Assembly: GCA_965216565.1 (NCBI GenBank)
Contig: OZ244170.1
Coordinates: forward strand, 3,296,001 to 3,360,000
Length of the DNA stretch: 64,000 nucleotides
From: Bythopirellula sp.
GTDB lineage: Bacteria > Planctomycetota > Planctomycetia > Pirellulales > Lacipirellulaceae
Direction of reading: 5' to 3'
In this document: positions 10,144-19,277 of the stretch, piece after piece
Position numbering within the stretch: position 1 is the stretch's first letter
Layout of the letters: the number at the start of each line of letters is the position of its first letter
Position numbers and translations under genes: made by a program
The notes under the pieces: generated by a model
Seen by the model: the letters and a program-made list of their open reading frames with translations, nothing else
Database searches by the model: none
What the model was told of the DNA's origin: nothing

Positions 10144-11919
10144 ATGATCCAAGATCAGTGCAATTCGCGCCGCATGCACCGCCATCATAGCGGGAAGACT
10201 CTCGCACTTTTGGCAATCATGCTACCGTCGCTATTGGCAGTCGTTGGGCTGGTGGTGGACGGCGGGCTGATGCTCAGCACACATCGCCAATTACAGAACG
10301 CCATCGACTCTGGCGCACTGGCCGGCGTCGTTGACTTGCAATCCGGCAAATCGAGTGCATCGGCTACGTCCACGGCGCAAGATGCCGTCCAGCTCTACAA
10401 CAACTTTCCCGATGCTCAAGTCGAGGTAAACATTCCACCTACGACGGGACAGTTCGCCGGCAGGTCTAACCATATTGAACTGATCGCGACAGTCGACTAT
10501 CAACCTAGATTGATGCCCGCCTTGGGAGGAGTTCTTAGCCAAACTATCCGCGCGCGCTCAGTTGCCGGGGTGGCAGATTCGCAAGTCGGTGCAGCACTTG
10601 CCATTCTGGACCCCGAACCAGCGAACCTGGACTACACCAATCTTCAAGGTGGGGGGCTCCTAGGGGATACAAATGCTATTGCTATTTCCGCAGCCAACCA
10701 ATCGGCTGCGATCGAGCGACTCGAATCCGAACCTATAGTAGGCCTTGTTGCGGCAACGTTGCTGCAATCCGAACTAAATGCCGTTTTTACATCTGTCATT
10801 CAACAACTCGCCGATGACGTCGCTGCCCAACTGCCAACGACATCGGCTCCTAGTTTGTTGGGGGGACTAGAGATTGAAGGCAGCGGCCGAATACGTGTCG
10901 ACGGGGCTGTCCATGTCAACAACGAGTGGGGAGATCGGGACGAGCGCGGTGAACCGTGTGGACAAGCACTCGGGCCACCCAACGCTGTTGCTTGCATGCC
11001 ACTGTTGAGCACAACTCGACTGCACGCTCACGAGATTCGCGTTGTTGGTGGAGTCGACGACGAGAACAATTACTTGCCGTTCCTACAAGGTGCCAGAGAT
11101 CCGCTCCGCGCCAATTCTCTGCCCGTGCCGGATCCATTCGAGGGAATCGCCACGCCCTCCGCAGCAAGTGATCCAGGCAACGTTGCGATTCCGACAGAAC
11201 CTCCTGTGGATCTCGTGGTCGTTGCGCTTTCGCAAGCCGATGCACAAAATCTATTGGCCAATGTGCTGGGTAATCTACCGTTTGCATTGCAGCCGTTATT
11301 TACACCGCTTGTCGATGAGCTCACCTCGCTGCTCACGCAGCAGACGATTTCACCAGGGGTCTACAATTCTATTACCGTGTTCTCACCTGGCGGCGGAGTG
11401 ACTTTCTCGCCTGGGATTTACATAATCCGTGGCACGAATGCTTCGAATTTGGCTGGGCTGACGATTGTCGGACCGGTCACCGCTAGCGGCGTGATGTTCT
11501 ACGTAACAGACTCTGCTAGTTTCGACGCCGCGACGGGACTGCCCGATGCGGCAGAAGATCCGGAGGATCCTCCAACGAATAACATTGCTGCACTGTTTCC
11601 GAGTGTCTTAATGCTGCCGCTCTTGCCTGGAACATCGTATTCTGGTTTGAACGATCCTAGCAGTCCTTTCAACGAGATGCTGATATTCCAACGCCAACGC
11701 GATCGACGCCCAATTTTGATTGAGGGGCTGCAATCGGGAAGCGGAAACTACTCCGGCACGATCTACGCCAAATGGGGGCATAGCGCTTTTGTGCCCAGTG
11801 GGGGTTCTTATGGATTAAGATTTGCTAGCGGTACGATGCGAACCATCACCGTCGGCGATGCGCTTTTGAATCCTCAACCACTCTTGCCCGTTGCCAACGA
11901 CGTTCTGCTGCTGGAATAG
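10144..11919 (+). CDS. tadG: TadG-like pilus-associated protein (N-terminal Tad domain)
   Basis: GKTLALLAIMLPSLLAVVGLVVDGG...QLQNAIDSGALAG; C-terminal SPGVY/SPGIYII and GTIYA motifs. Confidence 0.8.
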   Translation: MIQDQCNSRRMHRHHSGKTLALLAIMLPSLLAVVGLVVDGGLMLSTHRQLQNAIDSGALAGVVDLQSGKSSASATSTAQDAVQLYNNFPDAQVEVNIPPTTGQFAGRSNHIELIATVDYQPRLMPALGGVLSQTIRARSVAGVADSQVGAALAILDPEPANLDYTNLQGGGLLGDTNAIAISAANQSAAIERLESEPIVGLVAATLLQSELNAVFTSVIQQLADDVAAQLPTTSAPSLLGGLEIEGSGRIRVDGAVHVNNEWGDRDERGEPCGQALGPPNAVACMPLLSTTRLHAHEIRVVGGVDDENNYLPFLQGARDPLRANSLPVPDPFEGIATPSAASDPGNVAIPTEPPVDLVVVALSQADAQNLLANVLGNLPFALQPLFTPLVDELTSLLTQQTISPGVYNSITVFSPGGGVTFSPGIYIIRGTNASNLAGLTIVGPVTASGVMFYVTDSASFDAATGLPDAAEDPEDPPTNNIAALFPSVLMLPLLPGTSYSGLNDPSSPFNEMLIFQRQRDRRPILIEGLQSGSGNYSGTIYAKWGHSAFVPSGGSYGLRFASGTMRTITVGDALLNPQPLLPVANDVLLLE

Positions 11920-12235
11920 TTAGATAGCTCACAGTTCGTGGGACGTTTGGCAGAAACTTCCGGCGGGTTCAAACCGATTGCTCTTGGTTGAAGGTCGGGC
12001 ATGCTATCCGTCTAGATCACTGGGGATTGAGATGGCCAACCTCAATTTAGACTCCAAAATAGTCCCCACCATAGGCAAAGCCCTTCTGCCAGGCTTCATC
12101 CAGCTCAAGACTAGCAATTGGAATTGCAGATCCTCCCAAAAAGAAGCTCGTCGCACCGAATAATTGCCTGTTTGCTGTCTTAGCTATACTATAAGGACAG
12201 GCAAATTCTCCATTGAATTCAAATCGGAACAAGAA

Positions 12236-13684
12236 GTGCGTTACTACGTCGTTCTATTAGCGATGCTGCTACCTGTGCCGACTTGGGGGCAGACAACCTC
12301 CTATCACATCGGCAATAGTCTCACGTGGGACAGCCAGCCCCTCTCGATGGAGCTCTACGGAGATAAGTTTGGGGCACCTCATCAGGCAGGTTACCACATC
12401 CACAATTCCTGGCCGCTGAAGGCGTTCGTCTTTGATCCCAACGCTGTGACGATCGATCCTCTAGAGGAATTCGGCAAATACACAGAGGCCTTGACCAACC
12501 ATCAATGGGATGTCGTCACACTGCAACCGCATACAACGCAAAGCTCAACACTACGAACCGATATAGACTCTATCAAGTCAATCATCGATCTTGCTCGCTC
12601 TAATCCTGCAAACTCGGATACAACGTTCTACATCTATGAGGCATGGCCAAATCAACAAGGTCAAAGCTATCAAAGCAAATGGGAAGCCCCACTCCCGAGC
12701 GGAGCAAATCCTTTTACAAGCCTCACACGTGAGTATTTCGACCTTCTATATACTAAGGTCAACCTTGAGACCGATGCTACGATTCGCACTATCCCCGTCG
12801 GTGAAGTGCTCTACGAAGTTGATCGGGCCATGCGCCAAGGCAAAGTGCCGGGCTTCATTTCAATCTCCCAAGCCTATCGAGATGGCATTCACTTGGACAA
12901 CGAAATTGGGCGTTACATCGCTTCGGCGACAACGTTTGCAACACTGTCAGGAGTGGATCCACTAACCCTCTACAAACCTCCTGGATTTCCTCAGAAAAAC
13001 CTCTATCCACTTTCCGATGAGGTGTATGACGCCGTTAACCAGGCCATACGCGACGTGCTGAGTGCCGACGTGAATTCTGGTGTCTATTATCCGGTTACAG
13101 ACTTTGACAATAATGGGGTCATCGGAGCCAAAGACCTTCGACTTTGGGAGAACTCGTATCCGGGCTTGCAATACGATTTAGACAAAGATGGAATGGTTAG
13201 TGGCCTGGACTTCTTCGAATGGCAAGTAGGTGCTACCAAGACTCCTATTGAGTTCGACGATAGCCCAGCAAATCTCGATGGACAGGGACTCGTCGACACT
13301 CAGGACTTACTGATATGGGAACAGGCCTACGGAACGGATGACCAAGCAGATTTAAATGGAGACGGCGTAACTGATGGCTTGGATTTCCTGCAGCTGCAGA
13401 CCGAACTAACTCCATTTGATATCGCAGATGCAAACAATGATCGACTAGTAAACGGCGACGACTTACATTACTGGGAAACCGCCTACGGCTACAGTGGTGT
13501 CGTGGATGCCGATAGAGATCAGATAGCCACGGGACTAGATTTCTTAATCTGGCAGCAAGAAGTAGGCTTGCCTGCGGTCCTGCCTCCACCGAATGTCAGT
13601 GTCGTCCCCGAACCACAGACATTACTTCACATCATCGTGCTGACCATTCTCTCCCTGGTCCACCCCACATTTCGCATTAAGTGA
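12236..13684 (+). CDS. Secreted SGNH-hydrolase-like protein with dockerin-like repeats and a PEP-CTERM sorting signal
   Basis: YHIGNSLT (SGNH block I) and DGIH (DxxH); six DxDxDG..G.DF..W-type repeats; VVPEP + TM + basic tail. Start GTG 12236 inferred. Confidence 0.7.
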   Translation: MRYYVVLLAMLLPVPTWGQTTSYHIGNSLTWDSQPLSMELYGDKFGAPHQAGYHIHNSWPLKAFVFDPNAVTIDPLEEFGKYTEALTNHQWDVVTLQPHTTQSSTLRTDIDSIKSIIDLARSNPANSDTTFYIYEAWPNQQGQSYQSKWEAPLPSGANPFTSLTREYFDLLYTKVNLETDATIRTIPVGEVLYEVDRAMRQGKVPGFISISQAYRDGIHLDNEIGRYIASATTFATLSGVDPLTLYKPPGFPQKNLYPLSDEVYDAVNQAIRDVLSADVNSGVYYPVTDFDNNGVIGAKDLRLWENSYPGLQYDLDKDGMVSGLDFFEWQVGATKTPIEFDDSPANLDGQGLVDTQDLLIWEQAYGTDDQADLNGDGVTDGLDFLQLQTELTPFDIADANNDRLVNGDDLHYWETAYGYSGVVDADRDQIATGLDFLIWQQEVGLPAVLPPPNVSVVPEPQTLLHIIVLTILSLVHPTFRIK

Positions 13685-13737
13685 ATTCAGTTCCAAGCGA
13701 ACACTCAATCACTCGGGCCTAGAAACGCCGTCTAGGC

Positions 13738-13821
13738 GCAGGTAACAGAAACTCTTGCTTCGACGATAGTCAAGTAAAGTATCCCCGAGTGGATTCGAAC
13801 CACTAACCTTCGGCTTCGGAG
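13738..13821. repeat. Left att direct repeat containing the 3' 42 nt of tRNA-Arg(CCG) (13780-13821)
   Basis: 80/84 identical to 50707-50790; 13772-13821 is identical to 50741-50790 (50 bp); identity ends exactly at the anticodon loop. Confidence 0.95.
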
Positions 13822-13959
13822 AATGGTTAGAGTTTCCCGAAAAATCGCAGCGTTTCTCGGTAACCACGGCATCTTACACCCTTCACCGACCTTTGCAAAC
13901 TCTTTTGGTGCTTGTCAGTTTTTATCGGACTATCACGGTAATCGGATTTTCGACGTGCA

Positions 13960-13981
13960 CCAGAAACGGTAGTTACCGTTT
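13960..13981. promoter_or_regulatory. Palindromic site ccagAAACGGTA-gt-TACCGTTT, candidate integrase arm/accessory binding site
   Basis: 19/21 identical to 50650-50670 at the other end of the element. Confidence 0.55.
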
Positions 13982-14257
13982 TTAGATTTCAGGGACCGCT
14001 ATATCAACTTGAAATTTGATTGTGCTCGATCACTCGCGTAGGATAGTTCTAAGTTACTACTGAGAGAGTGTGGCCTAGTAACGACTATTTAGTGTTGTCC
14101 GGAGAACTCGGAATAACTAATTAAGCGATCTACGTTTGCCAGCAATCTGCTATAAATTCCTGCACAGGAACGCCACTTAAAGAACCATTTATCTATCACC
14201 GAAACGATACAAGTTTTGACGAGATTTACGATCGCTAAGGAGAACAATCTTCGTTGC

Positions 14258-17185
14258 TTAGTCCGCAGAGGGCTCTGTCACAGATGATTCCAGTAACTTG
14301 GTCACTGCCCATTTGCCGTGGCCTAGCTTAGTGAGGTAGCCAGCCTCCCCTAGTTCCCTGAGAACCTTACTGAGGCGATCCTTCTTCCACCCCCAAGATG
14401 AAACCATCTCCCCCGTCCGAAAGTTGCAAAAAGTGTATATTATATTACTTACACTTTTTGCAACTTGCTCCTCGAACCAGGCATACCTCTCCAGGGCTAA
14501 TTGGCTGAGAGGTTTTATGTCATTTACTTCATCAGACACGGTCAGTCCAACGTTCTCATTTGAGAAGACGATCACCGGTATCCCGTTGGGAAGGTTCGAC
14601 CGAGCCCTCCCAATGGCCTGCTGCAAAGCGGCAGTGACTTGAACTCCATGAGCTGCTCGCCAGAGAGAATGCTCATAACCGACTCCGTGGATCACCCTAC
14701 GGCCACCACTTTCGGTTGCTGCGGTCCACCTTTGCTTTTTCCACTCTCCATCCTGCTCCATTGATTCCAGGTCGCCGATTCTTAGTAATTCTGCCTGGAT
14801 TACCTCGGGAGGAACTCTTGGTGTGCCAAGGATCAATAGCAAGCCACAGTCCTTGTGCCAGCTGTTTGAAGCTTTATCATCTCCCTGGCCAAAGTAGGCG
14901 GTTTTAGATATTCGGCCCCGAAGCCCACCCAGAGGACTATTGTCTGCCATTAAATTGTCGATGTGAGGCTTGTGACCGATAACTCCGATCCGCTGGGCAT
15001 TGGGATACTTCAGCATTGTTGCGGCAAGCAAACTCGCCACAGTCGTGGCTTTGGTCCTGCGTTTGATGTCCCGCGGAACTTGAAGCTGCAGATGTCTAGG
15101 CTCTAAGATCCCATCAGGTGTGATATCAACCACCTCTCTACCCGAAAGCAACTCAATTCGAGCAGCACTACCCGTGGCGTCTGAAAAGATTACCGGAGTA
15201 TTTTCAGGTAGCTCTGTTTTGAAGATGCCGATAACGGACTTGTCAAACTGCATGCTGTCGCATTTCTTCTTCGGCTGTTCAACCTTGATAACGCAAAGAT
15301 GAAGCTTTCCGCTGATCAAGCCTAGCATCATTTCCATGGCACTTGCCAGATTGCCAGCGCTCGATGCCTGGTTAAATCTCTCGTCTTCATTCGGTCCCGA
15401 TTGTCGAGAGATTGCGGATCTGCAGGCATTCAGAAGTCGTGCCTGAACTACTGAGCGGAGCTTCACGTACTTCGACGGCTCAAATTCTACAGTTCGTTCC
15501 GCGGCTTCCACTGCAGCGATAAGAGCTTGTGCTGTGTCTGCAAGAATGTCAAACACCTCAACGCAGTTTATGTCAACATTTCCAGGCCGCCGCTTAGTCT
15601 CTTGATATTTCGCTTCTGCCGCAATAGTGAATATTGCTTGTAGGTCAGAAGCGGAAATCGTGAGTTTGTGCCTAAGCAACTCAACTGCGTCTTCGTGCAC
15701 CGCGAGATAATGACGTTGCTTACATACTTCGCCTCGACTGGCCTGAAACATTTTGTGAGTGGCTACTAAATGTGAACCATTCAAAGCGAGATTTCGTTTC
15801 TCGATAAAGTCACACCCTTCCCTGAACTCACAAGAAGGACAAACAGCCGCGCCAGGTGAAAGACCATAGCCCTCTGCTTCATTCACGGTTTGCTTGTTCC
15901 GGCAGACGCCGTAATTCCACTCAGCTTGAACTTCTTGGACACCGTTCTTCGCCATGCCTTCGAAGTATCTCTCCTCTTCCTCCGGAGACACTCTCGCGGG
16001 AAGCTTCGTTGCATCGAGTCCAAAATCTTTGCACAACGCTGCAACGAGCTCATCGCCGTTAGCATGAGTTGGGACGACAGTGAGAGATGTGAGAACGTGC
16101 TCTAGAATCTTGGAGTCCGCATAAGACTTGCCCGATCCGGTTGGCGAGCCATCAAAGTAGATTTCAGGTTTCTTAATAGCCTTAACGCGGGCTAAGAAGA
16201 GATCTTCCCTAAAGATGTCGAGACTTCGCACAGGACCCTTTAAAGGTTCTTGATACGGTTCTGCAGGAGGGGGAGGGGCAACTATTTCAACGTCCAGTGA
16301 CCACTCTGGTTTAGGTCCTGGGGCGTTGAGATATTCACGAACGTCTTTGAATCCCTCGGGAGGGAGAGCCCAGCCGATAGATCGATTGAGTTGCTCTGCT
16401 AATTGCTTTGCAATCGAGATGGCCCCGTCTCGACCAGGCCACCTGTTGGTATCAGCTTTGAAGTCTCTCTCGCCCAACACAACAATTTCCCGATCCTCAT
16501 GAGGTCTCAGCAGTTCTGCCAAATCATCAACACCACCAAGATTAGATGGGCGACCCATGGCACTCAGGCCCATCGTCATACAGGCGGCCGTGTCGCTACC
16601 GCCCTCGACTAGATAGACCGGACCTTGGGAGTCATGCCAATCGTCGGCGTATATTAGCCCTCTCTTGCTACCTGAAATGGCTCTCTTTGTTCCGTCCGTG
16701 CGACGCCGAGTTGAGATCCCTTTGACTCTCCCACTCGCATCACGTTCCGGAAATGTCCATTGATTGACGCCACCAGTAGCCATGATGCCTACGTTTAGTT
16801 TGATCAGCGCCTGAACATCAACTCCAAGTTCTCGTGCTAGCTTCGGAAGTAATATCTCTGCTCTAGCGGTTGCGGAAACGGACATCCGATCAAACTTGTG
16901 ATCGGAAACTTTCTCAAAGTCGGGCTTATAATTGCTTTGTGATCCGGGTGGGTTGCACTGAGTTTTCGATCTAGCGGAGAAGGAGCTGTTGTTTGCTCCG
17001 CTCATAAAGTGCAAATACTGCCCGCCACGGTTGTGACCATTGTTGCTCTTAACCCGTCCGCAATAGACTGCGTTGCCGTCGATGGAGACTGTGCAGTTGT
17101 CGGGCTTGCTACAAATAGGGCAAGGCTTGGATTTTGAAACTGGGTGCCAGTTCTCTTTGCCATGTTTTACATTCAGGCCAAACAA
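14258..17185 (-). CDS. Zn-finger/Toprim primase fused to SF2 helicase-like domain; putative element replication protein
   Basis: CPICSKPDNC..YCGR; Toprim VYLVEGGSD, GERD, KDVREYL; Walker A SPTGSGKS; VHED; SDATG; QAIGRAR; wHTH-like C-terminus. Confidence 0.75.
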   Translation of the reverse strand: MFGLNVKHGKENWHPVSKSKPCPICSKPDNCTVSIDGNAVYCGRVKSNNGHNRGGQYLHFMSGANNSSFSARSKTQCNPPGSQSNYKPDFEKVSDHKFDRMSVSATARAEILLPKLARELGVDVQALIKLNVGIMATGGVNQWTFPERDASGRVKGISTRRRTDGTKRAISGSKRGLIYADDWHDSQGPVYLVEGGSDTAACMTMGLSAMGRPSNLGGVDDLAELLRPHEDREIVVLGERDFKADTNRWPGRDGAISIAKQLAEQLNRSIGWALPPEGFKDVREYLNAPGPKPEWSLDVEIVAPPPPAEPYQEPLKGPVRSLDIFREDLFLARVKAIKKPEIYFDGSPTGSGKSYADSKILEHVLTSLTVVPTHANGDELVAALCKDFGLDATKLPARVSPEEEERYFEGMAKNGVQEVQAEWNYGVCRNKQTVNEAEGYGLSPGAAVCPSCEFREGCDFIEKRNLALNGSHLVATHKMFQASRGEVCKQRHYLAVHEDAVELLRHKLTISASDLQAIFTIAAEAKYQETKRRPGNVDINCVEVFDILADTAQALIAAVEAAERTVEFEPSKYVKLRSVVQARLLNACRSAISRQSGPNEDERFNQASSAGNLASAMEMMLGLISGKLHLCVIKVEQPKKKCDSMQFDKSVIGIFKTELPENTPVIFSDATGSAARIELLSGREVVDITPDGILEPRHLQLQVPRDIKRRTKATTVASLLAATMLKYPNAQRIGVIGHKPHIDNLMADNSPLGGLRGRISKTAYFGQGDDKASNSWHKDCGLLLILGTPRVPPEVIQAELLRIGDLESMEQDGEWKKQRWTAATESGGRRVIHGVGYEHSLWRAAHGVQVTAALQQAIGRARSNLPNGIPVIVFSNENVGLTVSDEVNDIKPLSQLALERYAWFEEQVAKSVSNIIYTFCNFRTGEMVSSWGWKKDRLSKVLRELGEAGYLTKLGHGKWAVTKLLESSVTEPSAD
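14421..14466. repeat. Perfect 17-bp inverted repeat with 12-nt AT-rich loop; candidate replication origin
   Basis: aagttgcaaaaagtgta-tattatattact-tacactttttgcaactt. Confidence 0.6.
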
Positions 17186-17282
17186 GAAAGTGTGCCATCA
17201 CTAAGTATCTGAAGAGGCATGCTACGAGATCGAGAACTGTGATTTGAAAGAGACTGAACTAGACCGAGAGAGACGCCCTATA

Positions 17283-17579
17283 TCAATTGTCTAGGGCAAG
17301 CTCGGCATCGCTGATGTGCTTCTCTCGCTGCCGGTTTGTACGAGAAACACTAGTGGGGACTTCCTCAGGTAGCGTGCGTGCTAAGCAGAACCGCTGGACA
17401 GCCTCAACAGAGGTCATGCGGCGATGCCCGCACTCGAGATACTCAAGTGTCACTCGACTGCCTGACCTAGTAAGCAGCCCGGATTCCGTCCAGCGGAAGA
17501 AGGTGCCGTAAGATGGCCGGTAACCAAGGACGAGTTCGATGGCGGCCGGACCTAAGAGAAGTCTTTCGTTACCAAGCAT
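17283..17579 (-). CDS. DUF1580-like HTH protein (putative excisionase/AlpA-like)
   Basis: RPSYGTFFRW..G...LE....G.RRMTSVEAVQRF; GAGGA RBS before ATG 17579; lies upstream of the primase. Confidence 0.75.
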   Translation of the reverse strand: MLGNERLLLGPAAIELVLGYRPSYGTFFRWTESGLLTRSGSRVTLEYLECGHRRMTSVEAVQRFCLARTLPEEVPTSVSRTNRQREKHISDAELALDN

Positions 17580-17671
17580 GACTGATTCCTCACAAAGGAT
17601 GCGATTGATTAACAATTCACATCTAGAGATATCAGAGCTGCTTGAGAATGGTATCTTCTGGTTGGAATCTG

Positions 17672-17980
17672 CTATGCGTTTTCCAAGTTATTCTTGTCAG
17701 ACTCGTCGAGCAAACCCAACGAGCGCAGCTTATTCAAAACCGTCTTCTCAGAGATATCGAAATCCTCGTAGCCAGGTAACCTTCTGAACGATCCTTTGAT
17801 TTTCCTGGCTAGGTCCAAATTGCTTTTCTTGTTAGGATTATGCTCGTGGAAGAACTGGGTGAGTAGTTTCCGATCTTTTTCACTGCTTAACTTGGCAGTC
17901 TTTTTTCCTCGGTCCGCGTACGCCTTCGATCGTTCTTGTTGAAGAGTGTGAGCTTCAATCGCACCTTCCAGCTTTCCCAT
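17672..17980 (-). CDS. Hypothetical protein, basic and HTH-like C-terminus; possibly the 3' half of a frameshifted gene
   Basis: ORF; this frame stays open upstream to 18145. Confidence 0.45.
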   Translation of the reverse strand: MGKLEGAIEAHTLQQERSKAYADRGKKTAKLSSEKDRKLLTQFFHEHNPNKKSNLDLARKIKGSFRRLPGYEDFDISEKTVLNKLRSLGLLDESDKNNLENA

Positions 17981-18009
17981 GCAATAGGAGACAGAACACG
18001 CCTTCTCGA

Positions 18010-18399
18010 TCAGCCCCTGAGAAACCTGTGAGCGGTACGCTGTGACGAGCCGTTCGACGATGGATAACAGAGTCTGCTCCGCGAGCCCTTCAATCGCCAG
18101 TCGATATCTTGGACTCCATGGATGCTCTCCGCATATTGGATCGCTTCACTAGGCCGGAGAGAATATTGTGGATCATTCGGGGTCGCTGCTTCCTCAAACT
18201 GTTCTAAGACTTCAACGACTTTCTTGAGATTATCTTTCTTGGTCACACGCAAAGTGACTACTTCAGCCTTTTTCTGCAGTCTAGTTATGTGATCTTCAAT
18301 CTCACCGTACGGTTTGTTGATTGAAAGCAGGAGATTCTCTCCATCAAACTCGTACTGAAAAAGAATTTTGCCTTTCGAATAGACTGCAATCGTCGTCAT
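18010..18399 (-). CDS. Hypothetical protein; possibly the 5' half of a frameshifted gene
   Basis: ATG 18399 after AAAGGTGG; same orientation as the element backbone. Confidence 0.45.
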   Translation of the reverse strand: MTTIAVYSKGKILFQYEFDGENLLLSINKPYGEIEDHITRLQKKAEVVTLRVTKKDNLKKVVEVLEQFEEAATPNDPQYSLRPSEAIQYAESIHGVQDIDWRLKGSRSRLCYPSSNGSSQRTAHRFLRG

Positions 18400-19277
18400 A
18401 AGCACGCCACCTTTCTGTCGACCCGACTGGCTGACGTCATGGCGGTGGTACAGGCCACAACGTTCGGTCAGTGAAGTGGGAGCTACCCACAAGTACGAAA
18501 CTACTTTTCGCCGTTTTGGAACAAGCCAGATTATGTCTGGTCGAAAACTGCCCTACAAACTAGTCTAGCTGTCACGGTCCCCGCAATGGTATTCGTTCGG
18601 CACCATCCACAACATGTTTCGTGCAGCTCTGTTTACCGATTCACCTCGCCTTATACCTAGATGCAAGAATGGCATTTGACCTATATATCTCCTCTGTGGC
18701 GACCAACTCGCGGCTGAATGAATACGATAGGCTAGACTGAAGTGAGTAGCCAATTGCATTTATAAGCCTGAGTGGGCGTCACTAGTGCGACTTTGATGTT
18801 TGCAGTCTGTGATTTCGATAGGGGCGACTGAAAGCACGAGGAGTTATCTGTTGCTTACGTTAATTACGTTCCGACCTTTTTAGCTTAGCGTCAAGGTAGT
18901 ATATAAGATTCGCCGTCTATGCGGGATTCACTCCAGCCTATTTAGGATGAGCGGCGTCAGTACGGTGTCACCGCATTTTTTGCAATTCGAGTCAAGAAAA
19001 TCTACGGAAGATCCGTTCGGCTCAAATTGATACCACCCATTGGAGTTGCCACCTATTTCAGCAACGATTCCAGCGTCGAAGGTGATCACCGCTGCGCGCA
19101 GGGCTGACTTGACGTTGGCATAGAGTATAACTCTCCTAATTGTGCTGTTTCTGGAGCAGGTCGGCGGATTTGTGCCGAACGCATCTCCTGGACATAGCAA
19201 ACGGACCTTTGAGTTCATCTAACTAGAATCAGATGGATCCAGCCCCCCTCTAGTCACCGCACAACCAACGAATAAAG

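Noticed and set aside
13780..13821. Second tRNA-Arg gene
   Set aside because: Only the 3' half from the anticodon loop onward is present; it is the att duplicate.
18928..19218. 96-aa minus-strand ORF
   Set aside because: No recognisable motif; may be a remnant, but I cannot support a call.
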